Below, in pieces: positions 17,739-28,394 of a stretch of 37,566 nt of DNA. Origin of the DNA: Bdellovibrionales bacterium (GTDB taxonomy: Bacteria; Bdellovibrionota; Bdellovibrionia; Bdellovibrionales; UBA840); assembly GCA_037969075.1 (NCBI GenBank), contig JBBKWS010000182.1, positions 1-37,566 on the forward strand. The letters run 5' to 3'. The stretch's first letter is position 1. Each line of letters begins with the position of its first letter. A program made the translations under genes and the position numbers. The notes under the pieces were generated by a model. The model was not told the origin of the DNA, searched no databases, and saw nothing but the letters and a program-made list of their open reading frames with translations.

Positions 17739-17742
17739 AAAA

Positions 17743-19017
17743 CTAAAAATCTGCCATCTCAAGACCCTTCCAGCAGTCTTGGTAATTAGTGTCTTCAACC
17801 TCATCCACTGTTGGATTCTGTGTTGGCTTAAACACCATGGATGATTCAAACATAAAAGCTAGAGTGCCTTGCTGCTTCTCTGGCTTTAGCGTTTGGGCCA
17901 CAGCTTTTTGGTAGGTGTCTTTGTCAGGGCCGTGGGACGAAAAAGCATTGTGAAGGCTACCGCCACCAGGCATAAAGCCCTCAGCCTTTGCATCATACAC
18001 ACCGGTGATTAAACCCATATACTCACTCATCAGATTGCGGTGATAATAAGGCGGCCTAAACGTACCTTCTGCCACCATCCATCTCTCTGGAAAGATCACA
18101 AAATCTACATTCGCTAGTCCCGGTGTTTGGGTAGGAGATGTCAAAACCGTAAAGATCGATGGATCGGGGTGATCAAAGCTAACAGTGCCGATGGTGTTAA
18201 ATAATTTTAAATCATATTTATACGGATAGTAGTTTCCATACCAAGCAACCACATTCATCGGATTGTGATCCAATTCTGTTTTGTACAAATGATCTTGAAA
18301 CTTATGAATCCAAGTAAACGCTGTGTTTGCTTTTTCAAACGCTGCCACCGGCGCAAAAAAATGTCTAGCGTTAGCCAAGCCATTGGCACCAATAGGTCCA
18401 AGAGAAGGGATCTCAAAAGGTTCGCCAAAATTTTCAATGGCATAACCCGTAGCATGAGAAGATAAAAGCTCGATAAAAAATTTAATTCCTCTAGGGATCA
18501 CACAGATCTCAGTAGGAGCAATTTCTAATTTTCCAAATTCAGTGGTGATTAAAAGGCTTCCATCTTGAGGAACTAGCAAAAAATCTCCGTCAGCTGATGA
18601 GAAGCAGCGATTCTTCATGGATGAACTTGCTGAATACAAATAAACAATGGACCCTGCGTTTTGCGGGGAGCCATTACGTAAAAAAGGTTCTAGGCCATCC
18701 ACAAAATCCACTGGATCTGTTGCAGGAGTCAGTGGCATCCAGCGTTGTTGGTTAGGGCTAATAGCTTCTTCTTTACATAAAAACTTTTTTTGATCAAAGT
18801 GGGTGTAAGGCGAAAACTTTTTATGCGCTACACTGGGTAACAAACGATACAGCCAAGATCTTAAGTTTTTATCTCTTGGCATCGTAAAGGCCGAGCCACT
18901 TAACTGCTCGGCGTAAAGGTTTAAAGGAGCGATCTGCGGAGAATTTTGCTGAAAAGGCAGGGCTCCGGGGATTGCGGACGTAGAATGCGTATTTTTAAAA
19001 CCACTTAAATAATCCAT
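17743..19017 (-). CDS. hmgA: Homogentisate 1,2-dioxygenase
   Basis: LYAEQLSGSAFT, SFDHPDPSIFTVLT, FRPPYYHRNLMSEYMGLI, SLHNAFSSHGPD. Confidence 0.96.
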   Translation of the reverse strand: MDYLSGFKNTHSTSAIPGALPFQQNSPQIAPLNLYAEQLSGSAFTMPRDKNLRSWLYRLLPSVAHKKFSPYTHFDQKKFLCKEEAISPNQQRWMPLTPATDPVDFVDGLEPFLRNGSPQNAGSIVYLYSASSSMKNRCFSSADGDFLLVPQDGSLLITTEFGKLEIAPTEICVIPRGIKFFIELLSSHATGYAIENFGEPFEIPSLGPIGANGLANARHFFAPVAAFEKANTAFTWIHKFQDHLYKTELDHNPMNVVAWYGNYYPYKYDLKLFNTIGTVSFDHPDPSIFTVLTSPTQTPGLANVDFVIFPERWMVAEGTFRPPYYHRNLMSEYMGLITGVYDAKAEGFMPGGGSLHNAFSSHGPDKDTYQKAVAQTLKPEKQQGTLAFMFESSMVFKPTQNPTVDEVEDTNYQDCWKGLEMADF

Positions 19018-19020
19018 ATG

Positions 19021-20802
19021 CTAATTAGTATAAGAAGTATTGGTAGAAAATCCATACAATTCTTTGTAGTAAGCTGAGTTTTTAATCAATGACTCATGAT
19101 CTCCCTCAGAGTGAATTCTTCCGTCCTTAAATACAAATAATCTGTCGCAATCTTTCAATGTGTGGATTCTATGGGCGATAATAATGGTGGTTCTGCCGCT
19201 CGCAAGTTCTTTCATGGCGGATTGTAGAAGATTTTCCATCTCAGGATCAATATTTGATGTGGCTTCATCAAGTATTAAAATCTTTGGATCTTGCAGAAGT
19301 GTACGTGTAATTGAAACTAACTGCCTCTCTCCCACACTCAAATTATCCCCTTGATCGAAGACTTCAAAATCTAAGCCTTCAGCCTTTGTACTTAAAAACT
19401 GTGATAGACCCGTAGACTTGGCAGCTTGCAAAATTCTTTCATCACTTAAGTCACTACCTAGAGTTAAATTTTCTCTTAAGCTTCCACGAAATAAAAATAC
19501 ATCTTGTGATACAAAACCAATTTGCGATCTTAAATCATCCACTGACCAATTTTCGATGGGGCAATCATCCAATAAGATTTGCCCTTCCTGAAATGGATAA
19601 AGCCTTGCTATCAGCGATAGGGTCGTGGTTTTTCCACTTCCTGTGCGTCCTAAAAAGCCAATTACTTCACCAGTTTCAATGGTAAATGAAAGGTCGTTCA
19701 AGACGGGCTGCTCTTTATTGTAATGCATGCTAAGATGTTTAAACTCAATTTTACCTTGTAAATGATTTTTGCTGTTAGGCACTTGTGGTAAAACATCTGT
19801 TTCAGTTGGAGTCATTAAAAATTGTGCCACTCGGTCGGCGCTCGTAAAGGCCTGCTGCAACACATGAATCTCTCTTGATATCGCCTCAATTGGTTTTGTG
19901 AACCGTTCGGTGTAGCGGACATAGGCCACCAATAGCCCTAGGGTAATTGTACCCTCTAACACCAGATGCCCCCCGTAAAAAATAATTACTAAAAGAGGAG
20001 CTTGTACAAACAAGCTAGTGAGTGGTCTTATAAACGTATAAAGCCTATTCATAGCTTTTGATGCTTCTAAGTGATCATTCACTTTTTTATCAAATTCTTG
20101 CTCCGTTTTTTTCTCAATACCAAATGCTCTAATTACTTTTAAGCCCTGAATAAATTCAGATAGCTGCGAGTTAATGATGGCACTCTTCTTAGACATGTCC
20201 CAATTCATCTTACGAATTCGATCCTTTGTAACAAAGGTAATAATAAAAGTAGGAAAGATTGCAATACTCACAACTAGGCCTAATTGAATATTAGTTACCA
20301 AAATAGCAACCCAAGCCATAAGTGCTAATAAAAATGCTGTTCCAAATCTACCAAGAGAGGAGGAGAAAAATTCATCTAGCCCCTCAACGTCATGAGTAAG
20401 TCTTGTAACAATTCTACCTTGTGGAGTTTTATCATAATACGACATAGGTAAAAGTTTGATATGTTCAAACATCTTCTCTCTAATTTGTAAGATGGTATGA
20501 GAAGAAGCGTAAGCTAAAACCTTTCTACCATAATACACCATAATAATAGTGATAGCTTCAAAAGCCACTACAACGGCAGCATACCTAAGTGCTAGGCCCA
20601 TATCCCCTTTAATAATACCTTTATCAATAATGATGCTAAGAAGGTAAGAGGCTGTAATAGTAAAAAGAGTGGATACAAAAAGTAAAAAGATGCCAAGAGC
20701 TAAAGTCATTTTATAGCCATCAGCATACCGAAACAAAAAGCGAAATGCTTTTGCATCAGATAAACTTACGGTCTGTTTTTCTTCGTTAGTCTCTATTTTC
20801 AT
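19021..20802 (-). CDS. ABC exporter half-transporter (MdlB/YheH-like)
   Basis: TM domain plus GRTGSGKTT, LSVGERQ, LILDEATS. Confidence 0.92.
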   Translation of the reverse strand: MKIETNEEKQTVSLSDAKAFRFLFRYADGYKMTLALGIFLLFVSTLFTITASYLLSIIIDKGIIKGDMGLALRYAAVVVAFEAITIIMVYYGRKVLAYASSHTILQIREKMFEHIKLLPMSYYDKTPQGRIVTRLTHDVEGLDEFFSSSLGRFGTAFLLALMAWVAILVTNIQLGLVVSIAIFPTFIITFVTKDRIRKMNWDMSKKSAIINSQLSEFIQGLKVIRAFGIEKKTEQEFDKKVNDHLEASKAMNRLYTFIRPLTSLFVQAPLLVIIFYGGHLVLEGTITLGLLVAYVRYTERFTKPIEAISREIHVLQQAFTSADRVAQFLMTPTETDVLPQVPNSKNHLQGKIEFKHLSMHYNKEQPVLNDLSFTIETGEVIGFLGRTGSGKTTTLSLIARLYPFQEGQILLDDCPIENWSVDDLRSQIGFVSQDVFLFRGSLRENLTLGSDLSDERILQAAKSTGLSQFLSTKAEGLDFEVFDQGDNLSVGERQLVSITRTLLQDPKILILDEATSNIDPEMENLLQSAMKELASGRTTIIIAHRIHTLKDCDRLFVFKDGRIHSEGDHESLIKNSAYYKELYGFSTNTSYTN

Positions 20803-22490
20803 TATAGCTCTATCACCTGATCACAATATCTAAGAGTCGAGTCCCTGTGGGCTACCCAAATGATCGTGGTTTCTTTGTAATTTGTCTTAAGCATTTGTAA
20901 AATCTTTTCTTCTGTGACGGTGTCCACAGCAGATAGGCAATCATCTAAAATGATAATCCCTTTTTCTTGTGCTAACGCTCTTGCAATTGATAGGCGTTGT
21001 TTTTGCCCACCGGATAAATTTACACCCCATTCACCAAGCAGTGTATCATAAGAATTTTTAAATTGATTAACGTCTTCTTTAATATCAACTTTCATTAAAT
21101 AATCTTCTATATCACTGCCATCTAAATCTCTTGATAAAGAAATGTTATTCTTAATGGTATCAGCAAACAAAAAGTTCTTTTGTGGCACATAAGATATTTG
21201 TGATCTTAATTCTTTCATGCTGTAAGCTGTGATTTCTTTACCATACAGTTCAATCTGCCCTTTGTAGTCATCTCTTAAGCCTAATAAAAGCTCCATCAAA
21301 GTAGACTTACCAGATCCAATCGGTCCTTTAATCCCTAACCACTGTCCTTTTTTAACTTCAAAATTTAGGTTCGTAAATATAACTTGAGATTCTTGCTTAA
21401 ACTCTAAATCACTCACTTTGTAAACCGTTGTGGTGTGATTAACGCCAGTTGATTTTACACTAAAGCGTTTGTCCAGTGGTTCATTAAAAATTTCAATCAC
21501 TCGTTTCATCGAGGTGAAACCTTTTTTAAATTCAGATATTAAAAACCCTAAATCTTCAAATGGTACCTGCAAAAGAAAAATATAGGATTGCAATGCGATG
21601 AACTCGCCAATACTAAGTTGCCCAGTAGAGAGTTTAGTAAGCCCTAATCCAAATAAAAGGGCATAAGAAAGTAGGGGAGTGGAATCAAAGATTAAAATAA
21701 ATCTTAAAGCTGTTTTTAGTGATTGATATCTAATAGCTCTATAGATGTCAGCGCTTTTTGCTAATTTTTGGTACCAATAAAGGTGAGAAGATGAGAGCTT
21801 TTGCAGTTTTACATTAGCAATACTTAAGCTTGCCTCTTCGTTAACTGTTGCAAGCTTCTTTTGTGCCTCATCATATTCTTCTTCGAATTTTTTGGTAATT
21901 TTACCAACTAGCAGCGGAATAAAGCTAAACAGTACTAATGTATAAACAGTAATTTCGGCATCGATCCAAAGCATTGAAGCTAGAGCCAAAATTCCTAAGA
22001 ATACTGAGTTTGTCAAAGCCACCAAGGTAAAGCCAAACAAAAACCTAGCAGTTCCCACATCGCTGGTTGCAATGCTCATCAAACTTCCGATGGTCATTCT
22101 TTTTTCAAAAGACTTTCTTGGAAAAAAGGCAACTCGCTTCCACAATTCTGATTTCATCATAGCTGCCGAGACATGTGTCTCTCTCGCTAGGGTAATTCTC
22201 CACAAGCCTCTGAAAAAAGTTTGAACGAGCATTACGCCTGCCAAGATGAAGCCAATACGGTAAATGGTTTTAATAGAAGAGTCTTGTAGTAACCATGCGG
22301 GAATTTTTTCTCCCTGCAAGTGATCTAAGAAAAATTGGATTAACTTAGGAGTAAAAATCTCTGTGATGTTGGTAATAAGAATTGCTAAAATTCCTACTAT
22401 AAAGAATTTTTTGCGAGATAGAATATAAGTCCACCAAAAGGCTCGCTCTTTGAGCTGGCCGTGGGCGAGAGATAATTTATGAATGGCCAT
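20802..22490 (-). CDS. ABC exporter half-transporter (MdlA/YheI-like)
   Basis: TM domain plus GPIGSGKST, LSGGQKQR, degenerate Walker B ILDDCLSAVD. Confidence 0.92.
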   Translation of the reverse strand: MAIHKLSLAHGQLKERAFWWTYILSRKKFFIVGILAILITNITEIFTPKLIQFFLDHLQGEKIPAWLLQDSSIKTIYRIGFILAGVMLVQTFFRGLWRITLARETHVSAAMMKSELWKRVAFFPRKSFEKRMTIGSLMSIATSDVGTARFLFGFTLVALTNSVFLGILALASMLWIDAEITVYTLVLFSFIPLLVGKITKKFEEEYDEAQKKLATVNEEASLSIANVKLQKLSSSHLYWYQKLAKSADIYRAIRYQSLKTALRFILIFDSTPLLSYALLFGLGLTKLSTGQLSIGEFIALQSYIFLLQVPFEDLGFLISEFKKGFTSMKRVIEIFNEPLDKRFSVKSTGVNHTTTVYKVSDLEFKQESQVIFTNLNFEVKKGQWLGIKGPIGSGKSTLMELLLGLRDDYKGQIELYGKEITAYSMKELRSQISYVPQKNFLFADTIKNNISLSRDLDGSDIEDYLMKVDIKEDVNQFKNSYDTLLGEWGVNLSGGQKQRLSIARALAQEKGIIILDDCLSAVDTVTEEKILQMLKTNYKETTIIWVAHRDSTLRYCDQVIEL

Positions 22491-22491
22491 A

Positions 22492-22752
22492 CTACGACTT
22501 TAAAATACTTTTTAGCTGTTTGGTTTTAGTTAGAATTCGTTCAGTGACTAGGTCAATGTTACGTTCTGGAGAAAATTGTAATTCTGATTTAATTTGTAAA
22601 AATAATTTTTGTTGGTCTGGTGTTAGTGTTTTAAAATTTTCAATCAGGCGGTTTAAGTAAGAGTTGGATTTACGCATAAAATCACCATAGTCATATTCGA
22701 CCAATGATTTTACTTTTACTTCGAATGTTTCGATTTCTGTAAGAATCTCCAC
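22492..22752 (-). CDS. Small hypothetical protein
   Basis: GAGG SD before GTG; stop is 1 nt before the ABC gene start. Confidence 0.7.
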   Translation of the reverse strand: MEILTEIETFEVKVKSLVEYDYGDFMRKSNSYLNRLIENFKTLTPDQQKLFLQIKSELQFSPERNIDLVTERILTKTKQLKSILKS

Positions 22753-22795
22753 GTATTTACCTCTTAAAAAACTTTACCTGCCGGGGTCTTAATGG

Positions 22796-23719
22796 TCAAT
22801 AGCGATAGATGAATCTGTGTATAATTTGAGCGGCAAGGCGTTGGGTTTTGAAGTTTTCATCCAAAGGAGGGGATACTTCATAAATGCCTAATAATTTAAC
22901 AGGGAGTCTCTCGATTAAAAGTAAAAAGAGAGGATAAAATTCATCTGGCGTGAGCCCAGTGGGCCAAGACTGCGAAGCCCCTGGAGCAAAGACAGCGCTA
23001 AAGGCGTCAATATCGATGCTTAGGTAGGTGGGCGGCTTTTTAATAAAGATATCTTCAAATTGTTTTACAAAATAAGTAGAAAGGGTATCGCCACTGAGTT
23101 TAAAATCCTCAAGCCAAATGGCTTTCATACCTTTTGATTTTCCCCATTCAAAATGCTCTTTTGAATTGCAAACTTGTTGCAGCCCTACTTCGATAAAATC
23201 AAATTGGTCAGGGTAATCAGTCAACAAGCGGTAAAATGGAGTTCCAGAATTAATTTCATCTTTTAAAGGCCTGAGATCTAGGTGGGTATCAAAATTAATG
23301 ATTAAAGGTTTTACCTTTTCATCTTTTGAATCTTCTAAAAAGCTGGCCCCATCCGCGTAAGCGTAATCATGTCCTCCGCCTAATCCAATTAAGACCTTGC
23401 CTTTTGATAAAACTGACAAGGCCCCGGCTTTTGCGATTTCATGTCTGTTTTTTAAATTATCATCTAAAATCAAATTTCCAGCATCAAAGATTTTGGGTGT
23501 TTCTAGAATTTGGTGAGGTGTGGTTTTATAAAAAATTTGACGAATGCCATTAGGACCAAGGCTTGCACCTACTCTGCCACCATTATTGTCAATACCTTCA
23601 TCATCGGGATATCCTTGAATGACATATTCGGCTTCATTTATTGTTTTAACTAAAAGATTTCCCATGCGAGGATCATCAATATTTTTATTTTTATAGATAT
23701 CTACTTTTTCAAAGCCCAT
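22796..23719 (-). CDS. hutG: Formimidoylglutamase (arginase family)
   Basis: DEGIDNNGGRVGA, LGGGHD, INFDTHLDLR, NSGTPF, SIDIDAF. Confidence 0.85.
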   Translation of the reverse strand: MGFEKVDIYKNKNIDDPRMGNLLVKTINEAEYVIQGYPDDEGIDNNGGRVGASLGPNGIRQIFYKTTPHQILETPKIFDAGNLILDDNLKNRHEIAKAGALSVLSKGKVLIGLGGGHDYAYADGASFLEDSKDEKVKPLIINFDTHLDLRPLKDEINSGTPFYRLLTDYPDQFDFIEVGLQQVCNSKEHFEWGKSKGMKAIWLEDFKLSGDTLSTYFVKQFEDIFIKKPPTYLSIDIDAFSAVFAPGASQSWPTGLTPDEFYPLFLLLIERLPVKLLGIYEVSPPLDENFKTQRLAAQIIHRFIYRY

Positions 23720-24439
23720 TTAAAGTTCACTCACTTTTTTACTTATTGTCTCTACTGCGATCTCAAAAAGCTTTGCCCCATGCTCTGCTGTGGCTAGCCC
23801 TGGGTTTGACCCCATACGGCCATCAAAAAAGGTTTTTCTAAATTCTTTAGGTCCCAAGGGCATGGAGTACTTTGGACGCTCAATTTTAAATTGAGTATTA
23901 GGAATCGTTTTAAAGGCATCAACTTCTAAATGCATTGTAAGAGCAACCTCACCGCAAGTAGCGTGAAAACCATTTTCATCCCCAAAGTGAATTTTTTCAT
24001 AGGCTTGTACCTCAGGGAGGCGCCACCAGTTTTCGAGTTGCAGTATGGTGTCAGTGTCTTTTGTCTTCCACTCACAAAATGCCGTGGCAGTAGGGTTGAT
24101 GTTTCCACCATGACCGTTGATAAACATAAATTTTTTAAAACCGTGGGTGTAGCAAGATTCGATCATATCTTGTAGGACTAGCATCATGGTTGAGGGTTTT
24201 AGTGTGATGGTTCCAGGAAACCCCATGTGATGAGCGGCCATTCCAAAACACAGAGGCGGTGCCACCATGGTCTTGGTTCTTTCTCCTACTTCGATAGCTA
24301 GTTTTTGAGCCGTTATATAATCAGTGCCGATTAAACCTGTTGGTCCGTGTTGCTCCGTTGAACCTATAGGAATAATGATGGTGTTTTTAGTTTTAAGATA
24401 TTCTTCGACTTTTGGCCATGTTTGTAGGGACAATTCCAT
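23720..24439 (-). CDS. Creatininase family amidohydrolase
   Basis: PIGSTEQHGP, GTD, HHMGFPGT, INGHGGN, HATCGE. Confidence 0.9.
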   Translation of the reverse strand: MELSLQTWPKVEEYLKTKNTIIIPIGSTEQHGPTGLIGTDYITAQKLAIEVGERTKTMVAPPLCFGMAAHHMGFPGTITLKPSTMMLVLQDMIESCYTHGFKKFMFINGHGGNINPTATAFCEWKTKDTDTILQLENWWRLPEVQAYEKIHFGDENGFHATCGEVALTMHLEVDAFKTIPNTQFKIERPKYSMPLGPKEFRKTFFDGRMGSNPGLATAEHGAKLFEIAVETISKKVSEL

Positions 24440-24502
24440 AGGAGCTCCAAGGTTATAACAATGAAAGTGTAAAATAATTTATGGCGGATTCCAAGGGCTT
24501 AG

Positions 24503-25516
24503 TTATGAAGATAATTTGGTGGCAGCCCAATCCGCTAACTCGCTAAGCTTTTCAAACCTTTTTAGTGGCGTGATGACTTCAAGTAGATCTTTATATTGAT
24601 GTTCTACAGCTAATAAAATGGCGTTTCGTCTATGAGCCGTGGGGCCAGCTCTAAGGAGTGCGCTATTAGCAAAGATTTTTTCGATCTGTCTGTTTGAGGC
24701 GGTTAAAATAGTTTTCAAGCTTTGTTGAAGCTCTTCTTTATTAATATTGGGATCTTTGAAAAATTCTTTACCAAAGGCTTTTTGGTTCCAAGGGCAAACG
24801 GTTTGGCAAATATCACAACCAAAATACCATCCCTCCATTTTATCTCTTAGTTCAAGTGGAGGTGAGGTCTTGGATTCAATGGTCAAATAAGAGATGCACT
24901 TTGTGGCGTCCAGTGTACGCTCTTCTTTAATTGCGTTTGTTGGACAAGCATCAATACAGCGGGTACAAGTGCCGCAACGATCAGGTGTAAGTGATTCTTT
25001 ATGGCCTTCTATGTCAATGGATGTATAGATTTCCCCGATAAAAAAGAAGCTACCAATTTCTGGAGAAATCAAACAAGAATTTTTTCCTATCCATCCCAGA
25101 CCTGCTCGGTAAGCAAGGTCTCTTTCCATCACAGGGGATGAATCAGTAAAACAAACGAATTCATCTTCAGGAAAGTCTTTCTTTAAGTTTTCGATGAGTT
25201 CACTCATCTCTTTTCTAAACCAAAAGTGGTAATCTTCACCTTTGGCGTAAGCGGCCATCTTTAAATTAGGAAGCTCTGTGGGATATGGGTGTGGGAGGTA
25301 TTCGCGTCTTATTACGATGGCTGACTTTGCACTGGGCAAAAGTTTTTTAGGGTGTTCTTTAGCGTCGAGCTGGCTTTCAAGGTAGGTCATCCCACCATGA
25401 TAACCCTTATCAAGGTAGTTTTTGTATAGATCTAAACTTAAAGGAGTTTCTAGTTTCACTAGACCAAAATCCTTTTTTGTCTCTTTAAGTATTTGTTGAA
25501 GCTTAGATACAGTCAT
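24503..25516 (-). CDS. queG: Epoxyqueuosine reductase
   Basis: YAKGEDYH, DSSPVMERDLA, GLGWIGKN, CGTCTRCIDACPT, CISYLTIE, GCDICQTVCPWN; start at ATG 25516 is more likely than 25555. Confidence 0.93.
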   Translation of the reverse strand: MTVSKLQQILKETKKDFGLVKLETPLSLDLYKNYLDKGYHGGMTYLESQLDAKEHPKKLLPSAKSAIVIRREYLPHPYPTELPNLKMAAYAKGEDYHFWFRKEMSELIENLKKDFPEDEFVCFTDSSPVMERDLAYRAGLGWIGKNSCLISPEIGSFFFIGEIYTSIDIEGHKESLTPDRCGTCTRCIDACPTNAIKEERTLDATKCISYLTIESKTSPPLELRDKMEGWYFGCDICQTVCPWNQKAFGKEFFKDPNINKEELQQSLKTILTASNRQIEKIFANSALLRAGPTAHRRNAILLAVEHQYKDLLEVITPLKRFEKLSELADWAATKLSS

Positions 25517-25592
25517 GATGTCTGTAAAACTAGCGAATAAGTCACTAAATATCAAGGTAGACAGGCGTATCTATAATTAATATTCTAGAGAC

Positions 25593-26819
25593 GTGTTTGA
25601 TTTACAAAACCACGCCGAGTGGAAGCATATAGACCAGATCAAGACCCAATTTTTAAAATCGGGTTTTAAGATCTATCTAGTGGGCGGCTGCGTAAGGGAC
25701 CTTCTTTTAAAAAGAAAGCCCAAGGACTTTGATTTTGCCACCAGCGCCAAGCCTGAAGAGATGCAGGCTCTCTTTGATAAGACCAATGACATTGGGAAAG
25801 CCTTTGGCACAATTCAGGTGGTGATAGATAAAAGCATGTTTGAAATCACAACGTTTAGAAAAGATCTAGATTACGTCGATGGACGCCACCCAGAGGCCGT
25901 CACCTTTAGCGATGAAATCGAAGACGCCAAACGCCGTGATTTTACCATGAACGCCTTGTTTTATGATTTAGAGAAAAATGAAATCATAGACCATGTAAAT
26001 GGAAGATATGATATCGATCATAAAATCATTCGATTTATTGGAGATGCAGAGAAACGAATTGAAGAAGATAAGCTTAGGCTTTTACGCGCGCTTAGGTTTG
26101 TGTCAGCCTTGGGTTTTGATTTAGAGCCAGCCACTGCCGCGGCAGTTAAGACTTACGCTACTAAGCTGGATCAGGTGAGCGGGGAGCGAACCTTTGAGGA
26201 GATGACAAAGTTAATCTCGGGCGACTTTTTTCACAGATCTATCCCATACCTAAGGGATACGAATATTTTATCTATTTTGTTTCAAGATAAATTGGATCAA
26301 ACCAAATTAAAAGATTTTTTAGATATGAGTCGCAGTGATTTTTATAAATTACAAGTTGCCTTTGAGCTTGAGAACTCAATGTTATTTTCGATTTTATTTT
26401 ACGGCATGCTTTTAAAATCTGAGCAATTTGATTGGCGTAAGTGGCGTTGGTCAAAAAGTCTGTATTCTTCAGTCCTACTGTTTAGATTACTCGTTAAAAG
26501 AATGCATACCAAATTAGATAAAGTTGAAATCTTGCAAGCCCTGCAATCCCTAGAAGGAAATCTTTATTTTATCGCTAGAGACAAATTAAAAATGCACATC
26601 GATAATGAAGTTATCATTAGATCTCACTACGGGGATAAACTGCCGTTTGAAGTTCCACTTGCTGAGCCTCTGGTGAATGGTCAAGATTTACTAGCGATTG
26701 GCTTTACGCCAAGTAAAACGCTAGGGGACACCCTTGAGTCTTTATATAAACATCAGTTGGATCAAAATCTTTCTGACAAGAAGCAGTTGATAGAGCACGC
26801 AAGGACTTTAAAAATATAA
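25593..26819 (+). CDS. cca: Class II tRNA nucleotidyltransferase (CCA-adding enzyme)
   Basis: YLVGGCVRDLLL, DFD, EITTFR, DGRHP, RRDFTMNA, EDKLRLLRALRF. Confidence 0.88.
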   Translation: MFDLQNHAEWKHIDQIKTQFLKSGFKIYLVGGCVRDLLLKRKPKDFDFATSAKPEEMQALFDKTNDIGKAFGTIQVVIDKSMFEITTFRKDLDYVDGRHPEAVTFSDEIEDAKRRDFTMNALFYDLEKNEIIDHVNGRYDIDHKIIRFIGDAEKRIEEDKLRLLRALRFVSALGFDLEPATAAAVKTYATKLDQVSGERTFEEMTKLISGDFFHRSIPYLRDTNILSILFQDKLDQTKLKDFLDMSRSDFYKLQVAFELENSMLFSILFYGMLLKSEQFDWRKWRWSKSLYSSVLLFRLLVKRMHTKLDKVEILQALQSLEGNLYFIARDKLKMHIDNEVIIRSHYGDKLPFEVPLAEPLVNGQDLLAIGFTPSKTLGDTLESLYKHQLDQNLSDKKQLIEHARTLKI

Positions 26820-26990
26820 AATAGTTTAGTTTTCCCGATAATTGTGAAAAAGTAAGTAAGAAGTCTTCAGATATAGTGCAAAAATTCCAAATTATACATG
26901 CGATTAAACCCATTTTTACACTCGATCGAGTTCTATAGACTTTCAGAGGGTGTTTTATTATAAATCAGTAAATTATAAATAGGGGTACTT

Positions 26991-27410
26991 ATGAAAATAT
27001 TTTTTTGTGTGGTTATTTCACTTACTACTTTCTTGTCAATAGCAAAGGCAGATCAAGTAGCAACACTAACATGCACAGGAAGTAATGTTGTATTATTTGT
27101 TAAAAGTCCGTACTTAGGCGAAAACTCAAAGGCTGCACAAGAGCTTTACGTTCTTACACGTAAGAGTGAAGCAAATAAAGATGAGTCTCAGTACACAGCT
27201 TATTTTCTAGATATTTCACCAGATGCAGATTTTCACCGAGTCTATGTAAGCGGTAAAAATGCAGAGGGCGGATCATTTTTATTGAAAACTAATTTTCCTG
27301 TAGATGACAGTGACGGCACCACTATACGCGAAGTATCTCAGGGTACACTTACCTATAGTCATGGTCCTCTTCAAGGTAAGGATGAGCCTGTTGATTGCGT
27401 AGCTGAGTAA
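26991..27410 (+). CDS. Secreted hypothetical protein
   Basis: AGGGG SD; signal peptide ending in AKA; Cys near both mature termini. Confidence 0.75.
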   Translation: MKIFFCVVISLTTFLSIAKADQVATLTCTGSNVVLFVKSPYLGENSKAAQELYVLTRKSEANKDESQYTAYFLDISPDADFHRVYVSGKNAEGGSFLLKTNFPVDDSDGTTIREVSQGTLTYSHGPLQGKDEPVDCVAE

Positions 27411-27515
27411 ATGGCCTGCTTTTACCTACAAAGCATCCAGAAAATAAGATTTTAGATAAAAAATATTGCTCGTAAGCTATTCTAAGACTATGAAATAAGT
27501 TATCTTAGGAGAAAT

Positions 27516-28394
27516 ATGAAGGCGATTATTTTAGCAGGTGGATCAGGTACCAGGCTGTATCCATCCACCAAAATTATAACTAAGCAACTTTTGCCCGTAT
27601 ATGACAAGCCGATGATCTATTATCCGCTTTCTACTGTTATGCTTACAGGCATTCGCGATATCTTAATTATTTCTACGCCGCAAGATTTACCTATGTATAA
27701 ACAACTTTTAGGCGATGGCTCGCAATTAGGGCTTCGTTTAGAATATGTTGAGCAGCAAAAACCAGAAGGAATTGCACAGGCCTTTACTTTAGGTGAAACT
27801 TTTATTGGAAAAGACAATGTTTGCCTTGTTTTAGGTGATAATATTTTTTACGGCTACGGTTTTAGCGGTATGTTAGAAGAGGCAGCACAATTAAAGTCAG
27901 GCGCCTTGGTATTTAGTTATTATGTAAAAGATCCTGAGCGCTACGGTGTGTCCGAATTTGATAGTGATGGAAATGTAATAAGTATCGAAGAAAAACCAAT
28001 TAAACCAAAATCTAATTATGCTGTTACGGGACTTTATTTTTATGACAATCAAGTGGTTGAAATTGCAAAAAAGCTAAAACCCTCTGCTCGTGGAGAACTT
28101 GAAATCACGGATGTTAATAAAGAGTATTTAAAACAAAAAACTTTAAAAGTTAAAAAAATGGGCCGTGGTATTGCGTGGCTTGATACTGGCACACATGAGA
28201 GTTTGTTGGATGCCTCAAATTTTATTGCCAGTATCGAAAACCGTCAAGGCTTAAAAGTAGCTTGTATCGAAGAAATTGCTTACCGAAAAAAATATATTAC
28301 TAAGAACCAATTAATGGCACTGGCCGAGCCAATACTAAAAAGCCAATATGGCCAGTATTTAATTAGTTTGATTAAAGAGGAAGCCAATGTCTAA
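27516..28394 (+). CDS. rfbA: Glucose-1-phosphate thymidylyltransferase
   Basis: [43 protein letters not shown]. Confidence 0.97.
   Translation: MKAIILAGGSGTRLYPSTKIITKQLLPVYDKPMIYYPLSTVMLTGIRDILIISTPQDLPMYKQLLGDGSQLGLRLEYVEQQKPEGIAQAFTLGETFIGKDNVCLVLGDNIFYGYGFSGMLEEAAQLKSGALVFSYYVKDPERYGVSEFDSDGNVISIEEKPIKPKSNYAVTGLYFYDNQVVEIAKKLKPSARGELEITDVNKEYLKQKTLKVKKMGRGIAWLDTGTHESLLDASNFIASIENRQGLKVACIEEIAYRKKYITKNQLMALAEPILKSQYGQYLISLIKEEANV

Noticed and set aside
25593..26819. Poly(A) polymerase PcnB
   Set aside because: Lacks the PcnB IGRRF signature (has IGKAFG) and carries the DGRHP loop typical of CCA-type enzymes
26815..26841. sigma-28-like promoter (CCCGATAA) upstream of the 26991 gene
   Set aside because: Good -10 but poor -35 at the right spacing, and 150 nt from the start
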